From Candidatus Velthaea sp. (GTDB taxonomy: Bacteria > Vulcanimicrobiota > Vulcanimicrobiia > Vulcanimicrobiales > Vulcanimicrobiaceae), in the NCBI GenBank assembly GCA_046262475.1, contig JBHEMQ010000003.1, forward strand, positions 1-55,783: a stretch of DNA of 55,783 nucleotides, given 5' to 3'. How positions within the stretch are numbered: position 1 is the first letter of the stretch; each line of letters begins with the position of its first letter. The notes below the pieces were generated by a model, which was not told the DNA's origin, made no database searches, and saw only the letters and a list, made by a program, of their open reading frames with translations. This document shows positions 37,607 to 45,458 of the stretch, in pieces. Made by a program: the position numbers and the translations under genes.

Positions 37607-38722
37607 CTGCTCAAACCGCTGACGTCGCTGCGCTTTATCGCAGCGCTTCTGGTCTTCAGCTGGCATTGCGTCCCGACGCGGAAGATTTCGGCGACTTTCT
37701 CGCTCGGCTACGTCGGCGTGGGTTTCTTCTTCGTGCTCTCGGGGTTCATCCTCACCTACACGTACGCCGCAAAATTTGCGGACCGTTTGGACGGTGAGAC
37801 CGTGCGCGAGTTCTATGCGGCGCGCTTCGCGCGGATCTACCCGCTGCATCTGGCGACCATGCCGCTGATGGTGGCGTGTCTCATCGTGCTCGGCGGCAAC
37901 CCGGTCTGGACCGGCGTCGACGTGCAAACGCGCGCGCTGGAGCTCGCCGCGCAACTCGTGCTGCTGCAGAGCTGGTTTCCCGATCCGCGCATTCATTTCG
38001 GCGGAAACGGTCCGGCGTGGAGCATTTCCGCCGAAGCCTTTTTTTATGTGATGTTTCCGCTCGTCGCTTGGGCCCTGCTGCGTGCGTTCCGCGGATGCGG
38101 CGCGCGCACGGTGCTGAGCGCGGCGTCGTGCGTGTGGCTGCTCGAAATGCTCGTGCTGGCGCCGCAGCACGCCGTGCTGAACGACTGGCGCTTCTACGTG
38201 TTTCCCGCGGCGCGGCTCATCGATTTTACCATCGGCATGCTGGTCGCGCTCGCGTTCCTGCGCTGCGACGCGTGCGCGCCGTGGCGGCTGCAGGCGACGA
38301 GCGTCGAGCTGCTCGCGGCCGGTGGCGCGGCGCTGTGCATTTTTGTCTCCCCGGTGTTGCCCGCGCCGCTGCAGTTTTCCGCGGCGCTCGTACCGGCGTG
38401 GTGCTGCGTCGTCTTCATCTTCGCGGCCGGCCGCGGCGCACTTTCACGCTCGCTGGCGCATCCCGCGCTGGTGCGGCTCGGCGAAGTCAGCTTCGCGTTT
38501 TACCTCGTGCATCTGGCTATCATTACCGTCGTCAGCCGCATGCTTGGCTGGGATCATCCGCTGGTGCTGGCGGTTTCGTTCGGCGCGAGCTTGGCTGCGA
38601 GCTTCGTCCTGTACCACGGCGTGGAACAGCCGCTGCGCGTGCGAATCCGCGCCGCGCTCAGCGCGCGGAGAGCGCGGCGAGCGCCGGCCGACGCGCTGCG
38701 GCCCGCACCAGTGCTGGTCTAA
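37607..38722 (+). CDS. Acyltransferase family 3 (membrane O-acyltransferase)
   Basis: The track ORF starts at GTG 37718 (MGFFFVLSGF...). The same frame upstream encodes the conserved family N-terminus LKPLTSLRFIAALLVFSWHC. The frame is open from 37442. AAGGAG at 37595-37600 precedes a CTG at 37607. The 5' end is therefore tentative. Confidence 0.75.
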   Translation: MLKPLTSLRFIAALLVFSWHCVPTRKISATFSLGYVGVGFFFVLSGFILTYTYAAKFADRLDGETVREFYAARFARIYPLHLATMPLMVACLIVLGGNPVWTGVDVQTRALELAAQLVLLQSWFPDPRIHFGGNGPAWSISAEAFFYVMFPLVAWALLRAFRGCGARTVLSAASCVWLLEMLVLAPQHAVLNDWRFYVFPAARLIDFTIGMLVALAFLRCDACAPWRLQATSVELLAAGGAALCIFVSPVLPAPLQFSAALVPAWCCVVFIFAAGRGALSRSLAHPALVRLGEVSFAFYLVHLAIITVVSRMLGWDHPLVLAVSFGASLAASFVLYHGVEQPLRVRIRAALSARRARRAPADALRPAPVLV

Positions 38723-40133
38723 CGTAGACGCGCGCGCGTTCGTCCGAGGCGATCGCGCGCCACGTATGCGGGCGTTCCGCGAGCAAACTATCCAGCGTAC
38801 CGTTGCGCCGCACGAGTATCGCGTCGATGTGGCGAGCGTCGAGAACGGCGGCCCAACGCCGCGTTCCATCGAGGACCTCGCGGTATTCGCGCCACACCGG
38901 CACGGGATACGGGTCGCAGCGGCCGTCCATGAAAAAACGCGCCGCTCGCGTTTCGCTCAAGAAGATGCTGCACCACGCGAAATCTTCGCAGAACACCCGC
39001 GGCGGAGAGGCGGCGACGCGCAGCAGCGTCCGCGCCGGCTCGAACGGCAGCAGCGCGGTGCGGGCGGGAGCGGCGCGCCAGACCAGCAGCGCGAGCGCCG
39101 GCCCCATCAACGCCAGCACGGCGGCGAGCGCCCACGCAGCGGCGCGCGCCCCGGGCGCTACCGCGGCGGGGGCGGCAGCACCGCGCCGGGGTAGCGCGGC
39201 GAGCGCAACGGGCGCCGCGACGAGCGCGAAGACCGGCACGTTGCGCACCGCGCTGAAGAGGAGCAGCGCGAACGCGCACGCGAGGATGCGGTCGCGCACC
39301 GACGCGCGCGCGCCGAACGCGAGCAGCAGCAGCACGAGCGGAAGGGCGCCGAGAACGAACGCGGCACTGCCCATACCCGCCGGTCCCCATTCGCTGATCG
39401 ATTGCCGGATCGGACTGAGCGACAAGGCGACGGCGTAGCGCGGCAGATCGAGTCCGAGCGGCGTCGCAACCGTTGCGGCGGCGCAGCCCGCTGCAATCGC
39501 CGCTGAGCGACGCACCGCGGGCGTCCACCGGCGGTCGCGCGCGAATGCGGTCAGCGTAAACGTTGCGGCGAGCACCGGCGCCAGCAGCGCGCTGGCGTGC
39601 AGGTTCGCCCACACGATGGTCGCCGGAATTGCCGCCCACGCGAGCGGACCATCGGACTCGAGCAGCCATACTACTGTCGTGAGGCCGGCCCAGCCGAGCA
39701 CTTGCGCGCGTACGCCGAACGACTGGAGCATCGCGAGCGAGCAGAACAGAACGGCGGAGGCCGCACGAACCGGTGGGACGCCGCGCCGCGCGCACCGCAG
39801 CACCACCATGATGAGTGCGCCGGCGAGCGCGACCGAACACAGCAGGGGCACCGCCCACGGCGCGCCGCGGTCGCTCGAAAACGCGAGCAGCAGCGAGAAG
39901 AGCCATTCATGCGGGGTCCACGGCGCGCCGGATGCGGCGAATGTTTCTGCGCCGAGCGCGCGCGGAATCGCGTGGTCGCGCAGGATGCGTTCGCCGAGCC
40001 AACGCTGCCAGAGCAAATCGCCGTCGGCGGCGGGAAATCGAAGCGCGATCGTGCCGAACCACCCGCCCGCCGCCGCGACGGACAGCCACGGCAAGAGACG
40101 GTTCGGGTCGAGCCTGTCGCCGGACGCGCGCAT
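38658..40133 (-). CDS. Polytopic membrane protein, GT-C-like (putative glycosyltransferase) with a C-terminal soluble domain
   Basis: 491 aa with about 10-12 TM helices and a C-terminal segment FFMDGRCDPYPVPVWREYREVL. It is the last gene of the cpaC operon, 6 nt after the GT87 gene. The family call is weak. Confidence 0.55.
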   Translation of the reverse strand: MRASGDRLDPNRLLPWLSVAAAGGWFGTIALRFPAADGDLLWQRWLGERILRDHAIPRALGAETFAASGAPWTPHEWLFSLLLAFSSDRGAPWAVPLLCSVALAGALIMVVLRCARRGVPPVRAASAVLFCSLAMLQSFGVRAQVLGWAGLTTVVWLLESDGPLAWAAIPATIVWANLHASALLAPVLAATFTLTAFARDRRWTPAVRRSAAIAAGCAAATVATPLGLDLPRYAVALSLSPIRQSISEWGPAGMGSAAFVLGALPLVLLLLAFGARASVRDRILACAFALLLFSAVRNVPVFALVAAPVALAALPRRGAAAPAAVAPGARAAAWALAAVLALMGPALALLVWRAAPARTALLPFEPARTLLRVAASPPRVFCEDFAWCSIFLSETRAARFFMDGRCDPYPVPVWREYREVLDGTRRWAAVLDARHIDAILVRRNGTLDSLLAERPHTWRAIASDERARVYVRPALVRAAARRPALAALSAR

Positions 40134-40139
40134 GCTGAA

Positions 40140-41588
40140 TTACGACGTCGCGGCGGCGGGCTGCACGCGGAACGCGCGCACGTCGCTCGCAGGCTGCGGC
40201 GCAAACGCGATGCGCGCGATGGCGATGAGGCCGCACGCGAGGCCGGCGAGCGTCGGCACGCGCAGCCATTGCATCATGACCGACGCGCGCATCAACGCCG
40301 CACGTGAAAACTCGCCCCAGCTGGCTTCCGCGAGCGCGTCGGGCGGGTACGCGTGCGGCGTGAAGGCAACTTCCGGCGGGCCGAGTCCCGCGCTCGCGAG
40401 CGCGAGCACCGACAGGCCGATGGCGGCGGCCACGAGCGCAAAAACCAATCCGGCTTTGCGCCCCAAGGTTCGTGCAGCGACCGCTCCCGCAAACAGCGGC
40501 GACGCGCCGGCGAGTAGCGATGCGCTCATGACGTTCCACGGGATCATCGCAAGGACGAGACCGCTGACGGCGAGCGCGCGCACCTGCGCGTGACGTACGA
40601 CGACGTACAGAATCGCCGGAAACGCGACCGCGATCTGCTGGAAATGGACGTGAACGCCGCCGAACACCGCGAACGCCGGCGGAACCAGCACGATCAGCGC
40701 ATCGTCGCCCGTCATGCGGCGCAGCCGAACCGCGGCCATGACGCCGAGCGCCGTGGTCGCCGCGAACATGATTTCGCCGGCGCGAATCGCCGCGGCCGCC
40801 GGAACGTGCAGCGACGTCAGAATCGAGGTGAGGCTGAACTGCCATTCGAACGCGTTGGCCAGCGCATGCGCCGGAACCACGTCGCGGACGTATTCGATCG
40901 ACGCCGGCACTCCGACGGCGGCGATGCCGGCGAGCGCGAACGCCGCACCGCAGAGCGCCAGCGGCAGGCGCGTGCGCGGAAGTGCCGCGAGCATTGCGGC
41001 GATGACCGGTAAGGCAACGTGCGGTTCGATGGTCGCGGCCGCAGCGCACGCGGCCGCGGCGTTCCAGCGCCCGCTGCGCGCGAGCAGCGCCGCACCCGCG
41101 AGGGCGAGAAACACGAACGGCAGCGGCTGGCCGACGTAATACGTGACCGTCGCCGTGATCGCGGCGAACGCGATGTTGAGCGTGCCGCTGCCCGCGCCGG
41201 TAATCCGCGCGAAGAGCGCGACGCTCGTGCTCATGGCGGAGATGAGCAGCAGTCCGTACACGGCCGCGGCGAGCGCGAACGGCAGCCGGCTCAGCGGCGC
41301 GAACAGCAGCAGCGCGTGCGGCGGAAGCGGTGCCGGCAGTGCGATCGCGCGCAGCGTCGCGGGCTGTCGGGGCGGGCCGGCGTTGCGTTCGCATTCGTGC
41401 AGCGGCTCTTGCCGATACGGGTCGGCGCCCTGGGCGATCGCGGCGCCGGCGCAATAAAACGCGCGAAAGTCGCCCATCAAATAGGTTGGGCCCGTCACGC
41501 CGTTGATCGCGATCATGGCGGCGAGCAGCAGCGGTGCGGCCAGCCATCCGGCGAGGCGCTGCGCCGATTCTCGCCGCCCGCGCGTCAT
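40140..41588 (-). CDS. DUF2029 / glycosyltransferase family 87-like polytopic membrane protein
   Basis: 482 aa and polytopic. The N-terminal loop motif GDFRAFYCAGAAIAQGADPY is typical of the GT87/DUF2029 family. The ATG overlaps the secretin stop (ATGA). Confidence 0.7.
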   Translation of the reverse strand: MTRGRRESAQRLAGWLAAPLLLAAMIAINGVTGPTYLMGDFRAFYCAGAAIAQGADPYRQEPLHECERNAGPPRQPATLRAIALPAPLPPHALLLFAPLSRLPFALAAAVYGLLLISAMSTSVALFARITGAGSGTLNIAFAAITATVTYYVGQPLPFVFLALAGAALLARSGRWNAAAACAAAATIEPHVALPVIAAMLAALPRTRLPLALCGAAFALAGIAAVGVPASIEYVRDVVPAHALANAFEWQFSLTSILTSLHVPAAAAIRAGEIMFAATTALGVMAAVRLRRMTGDDALIVLVPPAFAVFGGVHVHFQQIAVAFPAILYVVVRHAQVRALAVSGLVLAMIPWNVMSASLLAGASPLFAGAVAARTLGRKAGLVFALVAAAIGLSVLALASAGLGPPEVAFTPHAYPPDALAEASWGEFSRAALMRASVMMQWLRVPTLAGLACGLIAIARIAFAPQPASDVRAFRVQPAAATS

Positions 41589-43021
41589 CGCGTCAGAATT
41601 TCAGGCGTCATGATGAAGACCACGTCGGTCTGTGAGTTCTGGTAGCGCGTCGAGCGAAACAGCTTGCCCAGAATCGGAAGATCGCCGAGGCCGGGGATCT
41701 TGTCCACGAACCGCTGCTCTTGACGGCGCATCAGCCCGCCCATGACGATGGATTCGCCCGCTTTGGTGATCACGTCCGTTGAGAGCCGGCTCGTTTTCAG
41801 CGCCGGGATCGAGAAGCCGCCGATGGACACGGCGTCGGAGAAGTCGAGGTCGGAGACTTCCGGCGCAATCAGCGTTTCGACGCTGCCGCCGCCCAAGATC
41901 GTGGGCGTCACTTTTAATTTGACGCCGAAATCCTTATACTGAACGGCGATCTGCTGCGGGCCGCTGGCGTACGGAATCGGGATTTCGCCGCCGACGAGAA
42001 AGTCGGCCTGATGTCCCGGCATCGTGACGAGGTCGGGCGAGGACAGCAGACGCGCGTGGCCGTTGTTGATGATCATGTTGATCGTCGGCGCGAGTGTCGT
42101 GGTACGGAAAAACGAACCGATGTTCAACGCGTGGCCCGGCACGCCGGGGCCGCGACCGCGGGTGTCGATCGGCGCTTCCACCACCGGGAACTGCGGCGGC
42201 GCGAGCGTGAACGTTCCGTCGGTGTGAAAGACTGCCGACTGCAGGTTGATGCCGAGTTGACGGAGCGCGGTGTCGTCCACTTCCAGGATGTAGACTTTGA
42301 TATCGACTTGGCTGATCGTCGCGGTTTCGATGCGATCGATCACCTTGCCGTCGATGGCGAGGTACGGTCCCGCCAGCGCGCGGACGCGGCCCAGCACGTG
42401 CTCCGCGGTGGTGCGATCCTGCACCTGACCGCTGACGATGAGATTGCCCTTCACGTCACGGTCGACGCGCACGCCCGCGGTTCCGGCCGCGCCGCTCAGC
42501 TCCGACTGCAGCGGCCCGAGCGGCCGGGCGACCGTGACTGCGTTCACGACGGTAAATTTGCCGGCCGTCGCGACGGGCTCGAAGTGCGCGACGACTTCAC
42601 TCAAGTGAACGAGCCGCTCGCCGTTGGCGACCGTCCCGTTCAGCACGATCGAATGGTCGAACTCGTCCACGCGCACGTCCGGATCGCCGATCGCGCCTTG
42701 CAGCATCCGCCGTAAACTTTCCAGGCTTTGCTCGGTCACCGTCACGTCGTACGTGCGCAGGCCCGCGCCGCACCACACGAGCAGCGTCGTGCGGCCGGCG
42801 GTCTTCCCGTTGAGCACGATCTCACCGCGCCCGACGGGCACGATGCCGGCGATTTTACCGTCGCCCACGGCGACGCGCGTTACGCCCGGTGCGTGCACCA
42901 CCATCGATTGTCCCGTGCGAACGGTGAGCGGAATCGTCGCCGCCGCGTTCGATGCAAGCGGTGCGCAGAGCACGCTCGCCGCTGCAACCGCGGTCATGAA
43001 TGTGCGAAACCCGAAAGCCAC
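41585..43021 (-). CDS. cpaC: Tad/Flp pilus secretin CpaC/RcpA
   Basis: 478 aa with a signal peptide. It has the pilus-formation N-terminal region (LTVRTGQSMVVHAPGVTRVAVGDGKIAGI...GRTTLLVW). The C-terminal secretin motif is IPGLGDLPILGKLFRSTRYQNSQTDVVFIMTPEI. Confidence 0.9.
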   Translation of the reverse strand: MAFGFRTFMTAVAAASVLCAPLASNAAATIPLTVRTGQSMVVHAPGVTRVAVGDGKIAGIVPVGRGEIVLNGKTAGRTTLLVWCGAGLRTYDVTVTEQSLESLRRMLQGAIGDPDVRVDEFDHSIVLNGTVANGERLVHLSEVVAHFEPVATAGKFTVVNAVTVARPLGPLQSELSGAAGTAGVRVDRDVKGNLIVSGQVQDRTTAEHVLGRVRALAGPYLAIDGKVIDRIETATISQVDIKVYILEVDDTALRQLGINLQSAVFHTDGTFTLAPPQFPVVEAPIDTRGRGPGVPGHALNIGSFFRTTTLAPTINMIINNGHARLLSSPDLVTMPGHQADFLVGGEIPIPYASGPQQIAVQYKDFGVKLKVTPTILGGGSVETLIAPEVSDLDFSDAVSIGGFSIPALKTSRLSTDVITKAGESIVMGGLMRRQEQRFVDKIPGLGDLPILGKLFRSTRYQNSQTDVVFIMTPEILTR

Positions 43022-43178
43022 AGACGTCTACTCCTTGGGAAGACGGCGATTCGTCGTCCGTCGGATTCATTGAAGCAGATCGCCCCATTGTCGGTGCGTT
43101 ATCAGACCGTTGTCAGTTCGTCAATTCTTTACAAATGGGCTTTTCAGCGCTGCCGTTGATGTGTACGATGCGGCCACG
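43022..43178. promoter_or_regulatory. Divergent intergenic region between cpaC and the flp operon (candidate promoters)
   Basis: This is a 157-bp non-coding gap with a locally AT-richer stretch (ttatcagaccgttgtcagttcgtcaattctttacaaatggg). I cannot assign -35/-10 boxes confidently. Confidence 0.3.
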
Positions 43179-43610
43179 ATGCGTCAAAACAACCACCGTT
43201 CACTGGTCGTCTTCGCCGCCGCTGCGGCGGTGTTTGTTCCCCTAGCGGCTCGCAGCGCCGAGCCGCCGGCGACATCGTCGGCAATCACCGTGAGCGCTAC
43301 GCCGGCCGTCGGCCGCGAAGCGGTCATGATTGCCGGAAACGCACCGGCCGGAACGTCGCTCGAAGCCGCGTTGTACGCGCGATTTTCGCAAGACGTTCCG
43401 AACGTGCTCCTGAGCCGCCGCCCCGTCGCAACGGACGCGAACGGTCATTATGCGGCGACGGTTCCCATCGCGTCCGGTTTTTTCCGCAACGCGGTTGTGA
43501 CCGTGGTCATCAACTCGGTACCCGCGGGCGCCAGCGCCCGAACGAGCTTCGTCGTCGGAGCTCCCAACCTGCCGGCTCCGCCGGACGATATCCCCTCATC
43601 CGTGCGCTAG
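43179..43610 (+). CDS. Secreted hypothetical protein (single Ig-like/CarboxypepD_reg-like domain), first gene of the flp operon
   Basis: Track ORF 43110-43610 trimmed to the ATG at 43179, giving a signal peptide (MRQNNHRSLVVFAAAAAVFVPLAARSAEP). It also contains the motif TDANGHYAATVPI. Confidence 0.5.
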   Translation: MRQNNHRSLVVFAAAAAVFVPLAARSAEPPATSSAITVSATPAVGREAVMIAGNAPAGTSLEAALYARFSQDVPNVLLSRRPVATDANGHYAATVPIASGFFRNAVVTVVINSVPAGASARTSFVVGAPNLPAPPDDIPSSVR

Positions 43611-43631
43611 CACATCACAAGGAGAATCCTC

Positions 43632-43793
43632 ATGTTCAACGCCATTCGCGCCACGCTCACCGATGACCGCGGCCAAGGTCTCGCCGAATACGGTCTGATT
43701 CTCGGTCTCATCGCCGTCCTTTCGATCGCCGCCGTGCTGTTCTTGGGCGGCCGGATCCAAGGCGTCCTCAGCAACGTCGGCAGCAGCATCTAA
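43632..43793 (+). CDS. flp: Flp/Fap family type IVc prepilin (53 aa; absent from the ORF track)
   Basis: AAGGAG at 43619-43624 lies 7 nt before the ATG. The translation is MFNAIRATLTDDRGQGLAEYGLILGLIAVLSIAAVLFLGGRIQGVLSNVGSSI. It has the Flp processing motif G/xxxxEY followed by a hydrophobic helix. Confidence 0.8.
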   Translation: MFNAIRATLTDDRGQGLAEYGLILGLIAVLSIAAVLFLGGRIQGVLSNVGSSI

Positions 43794-43820
43794 GTTCGCT
43801 GTCGTCGGTCTCGCAGGTCG

Positions 43821-44021
43821 ATGAGTTCCATGTCGCCGCATCGCCGTCCGCGCGCCGCTTCCCAGCGGCGCGCGCCGGCGGTGCTCGACGATCGGGGTCA
43901 AGGACTCGGCGAGTACGCGCTGATCCTCGGTTTCATCGCGGTGCTGTGCGTCGCGGCCGCCGCCTTCGTCGGCACATCCATTCTCACTCAATACCAAAAC
44001 GTCTCGAGTGCTTATCCATGA
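43821..44021 (+). CDS. flp: Second Flp family prepilin with a long basic leader
   Basis: 66 aa: MSSMSPHRRPRAASQRRAPAVLDDRGQGLGEYALILGFIAVLCVAAAAFVGTSILTQYQNVSSAYP. It shares the DDRG/QGLxEY core with the first flp. Confidence 0.75.
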   Translation: MSSMSPHRRPRAASQRRAPAVLDDRGQGLGEYALILGFIAVLCVAAAAFVGTSILTQYQNVSSAYP

Positions 44022-44094
44022 TAACTGCTACGTTCATTTTGCTGACCGCGACGATCGTCGCCACGGCGCTCCGCAACGTCTCGAACAACTACTC

Positions 44095-44592
44095 ATGACC
44101 CTGCTCGCGCTCATGCTGCCCGCGGCGACGCTCGTCGCCGCGGCGATCGACGTTCGAGTGCGCCGCATTCCGAATGCGCTGACCGGCGGTCTCGCCGTTG
44201 CGGGCATCGCGTTGCACGTTCCGCAGGGCGTTTCGCCGACGGTGCTTGCGGTCGCCGCGATGCTGGCCGCGTTCGTTGCCGGTTCGCTCGCGTTTTCTGC
44301 CGGCTGGTTCGGCGGCGGCGACGTCAAGCTCATTGCGGCGTGCTGCGCCGTCGCGGGCTTTCCGGGAAGCGGCGCGCTGGTGCTGGAGATCCTCGCAGCC
44401 GGCGCGGTCCTCGCCCTCGTGTGGGCCGCTGCGGGCGGCCGCCTCTTTTCGCTCGTGCGCAGCACGACCGCGGTCGCGCTGCGCGGCGCGCCGCTGGAAT
44501 CCAACACCTTACCGTACGGCGTCGCGATCGCCGCCGGAAGCATCTTCTACACCGCTTCTTCGCTCGTGCCCGCTTTGAGGTTGCCCGTATGA
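44095..44592 (+). CDS. cpaA: A24 prepilin peptidase, CpaA/TadV type
   Basis: Track ORF 44008-44592 trimmed to the ATG at 44095. The protein is 165 aa and polytopic. The two catalytic Asp contexts are AAIDVRVRRIPN and GGGDVKLIA. Confidence 0.8.
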   Translation: MTLLALMLPAATLVAAAIDVRVRRIPNALTGGLAVAGIALHVPQGVSPTVLAVAAMLAAFVAGSLAFSAGWFGGGDVKLIAACCAVAGFPGSGALVLEILAAGAVLALVWAAAGGRLFSLVRSTTAVALRGAPLESNTLPYGVAIAAGSIFYTASSLVPALRLPV

Positions 44593-45458
44593 AAAATGGT
44601 CGCCGTCTGCCCCTCATCCTCGGGCTGCTCCTCGCGGTGGGCACCGGAGTGCTGCTGCTCAACTATCTCACGTCGCTCGGCGGGACGGCGTCCGCTGCCG
44701 TCAACATGCGGCCGGTGTTCGTCGCGGCGCGCGACATCCCGGCCCGCGCCTTGCTCACCGATGCATTCGTGCGTCAGACGATACGCCCAGTTGCCGAAAT
44801 CGACAACGATGCGGCCGTCAACCGGAAAGACATCCTCGGTAAGTATTCGCTCATCACCATTCCGGCCGGGTCCGTCGTCACCAAGTCGAAGATCGGCGAT
44901 GCCGGAGCGAATGCGCTTCCCGCACGCTTGCCCATCGGCATGCGCGCCGTCAGCATCTCGATCGATCGTGTCAAAGGCGTGGCCGGGCTCATCCAACCGG
45001 GCGACCGCGTCGACGTGGTCGCCGTCCCGCCGCGCGTCGGAAACGAAGTTCCGCACGCCTCCGCGATCCTGCGCGGAGCGCTCGTCCTCGCGATGGGGAA
45101 CGAGGTGGAAACAACCAGCGCGACGCCGAGCCCCGACAATCAAAACCTGACGACGGTGACGCTCGCGTTGACGCCGCAGCAAGTAAATCTGCTCGCGTCA
45201 GCGGATCTCAATACCACGCTGCGGCTTGCGCTGCGTCCGCCGAAAGAAGCGATTCGCGCCTTCCCGGCGGAGCCGCTCATGCTCGGCGTTCCGCAGCACG
45301 CCGCCGGCGCGCAGCCGATCGTCGCTCCGCCGCCGGGTCCGCCGGCGACGCCGGCGGTGGTCGCCGCAACGCGCGTCCGCACCGAACCCGTCCGCCGCGA
45401 CGGCATTACCGTGATCGACGGCGACCGCGTCACCGAGGGCGGCACCGCCAAACCATGA
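44589..45458 (+). CDS. cpaB: Flp pilus assembly protein CpaB/RcpC
   Basis: Track ORF 44340-45458 trimmed to the ATG at 44589 (ATGA overlap with cpaA). It has an N-terminal TM helix, a SAF-like segment (VFVAARDIPARALLTDAFV) and an RcpC-like segment (GLIQPGDRVDVVA). Confidence 0.85.
   Translation: MKNGRRLPLILGLLLAVGTGVLLLNYLTSLGGTASAAVNMRPVFVAARDIPARALLTDAFVRQTIRPVAEIDNDAAVNRKDILGKYSLITIPAGSVVTKSKIGDAGANALPARLPIGMRAVSISIDRVKGVAGLIQPGDRVDVVAVPPRVGNEVPHASAILRGALVLAMGNEVETTSATPSPDNQNLTTVTLALTPQQVNLLASADLNTTLRLALRPPKEAIRAFPAEPLMLGVPQHAAGAQPIVAPPPGPPATPAVVAATRVRTEPVRRDGITVIDGDRVTEGGTAKP

Noticed and set aside
39907-41547. 546-aa minus-strand ORF in an alternate frame over the GT87 gene, plus other alternate-frame ORFs at 38788-39906 and 39616-40593
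   Set aside because: The translations are Arg-rich low complexity. The competing frames encode regular polytopic membrane proteins.
43110-43145. Sigma70-like -35/-10 pair (TTGTCA ... TACAAA) upstream of the flp operon
   Set aside because: The spacing between the best hexamers is about 14 nt rather than 16-18 nt. I kept only a generic promoter-region call.
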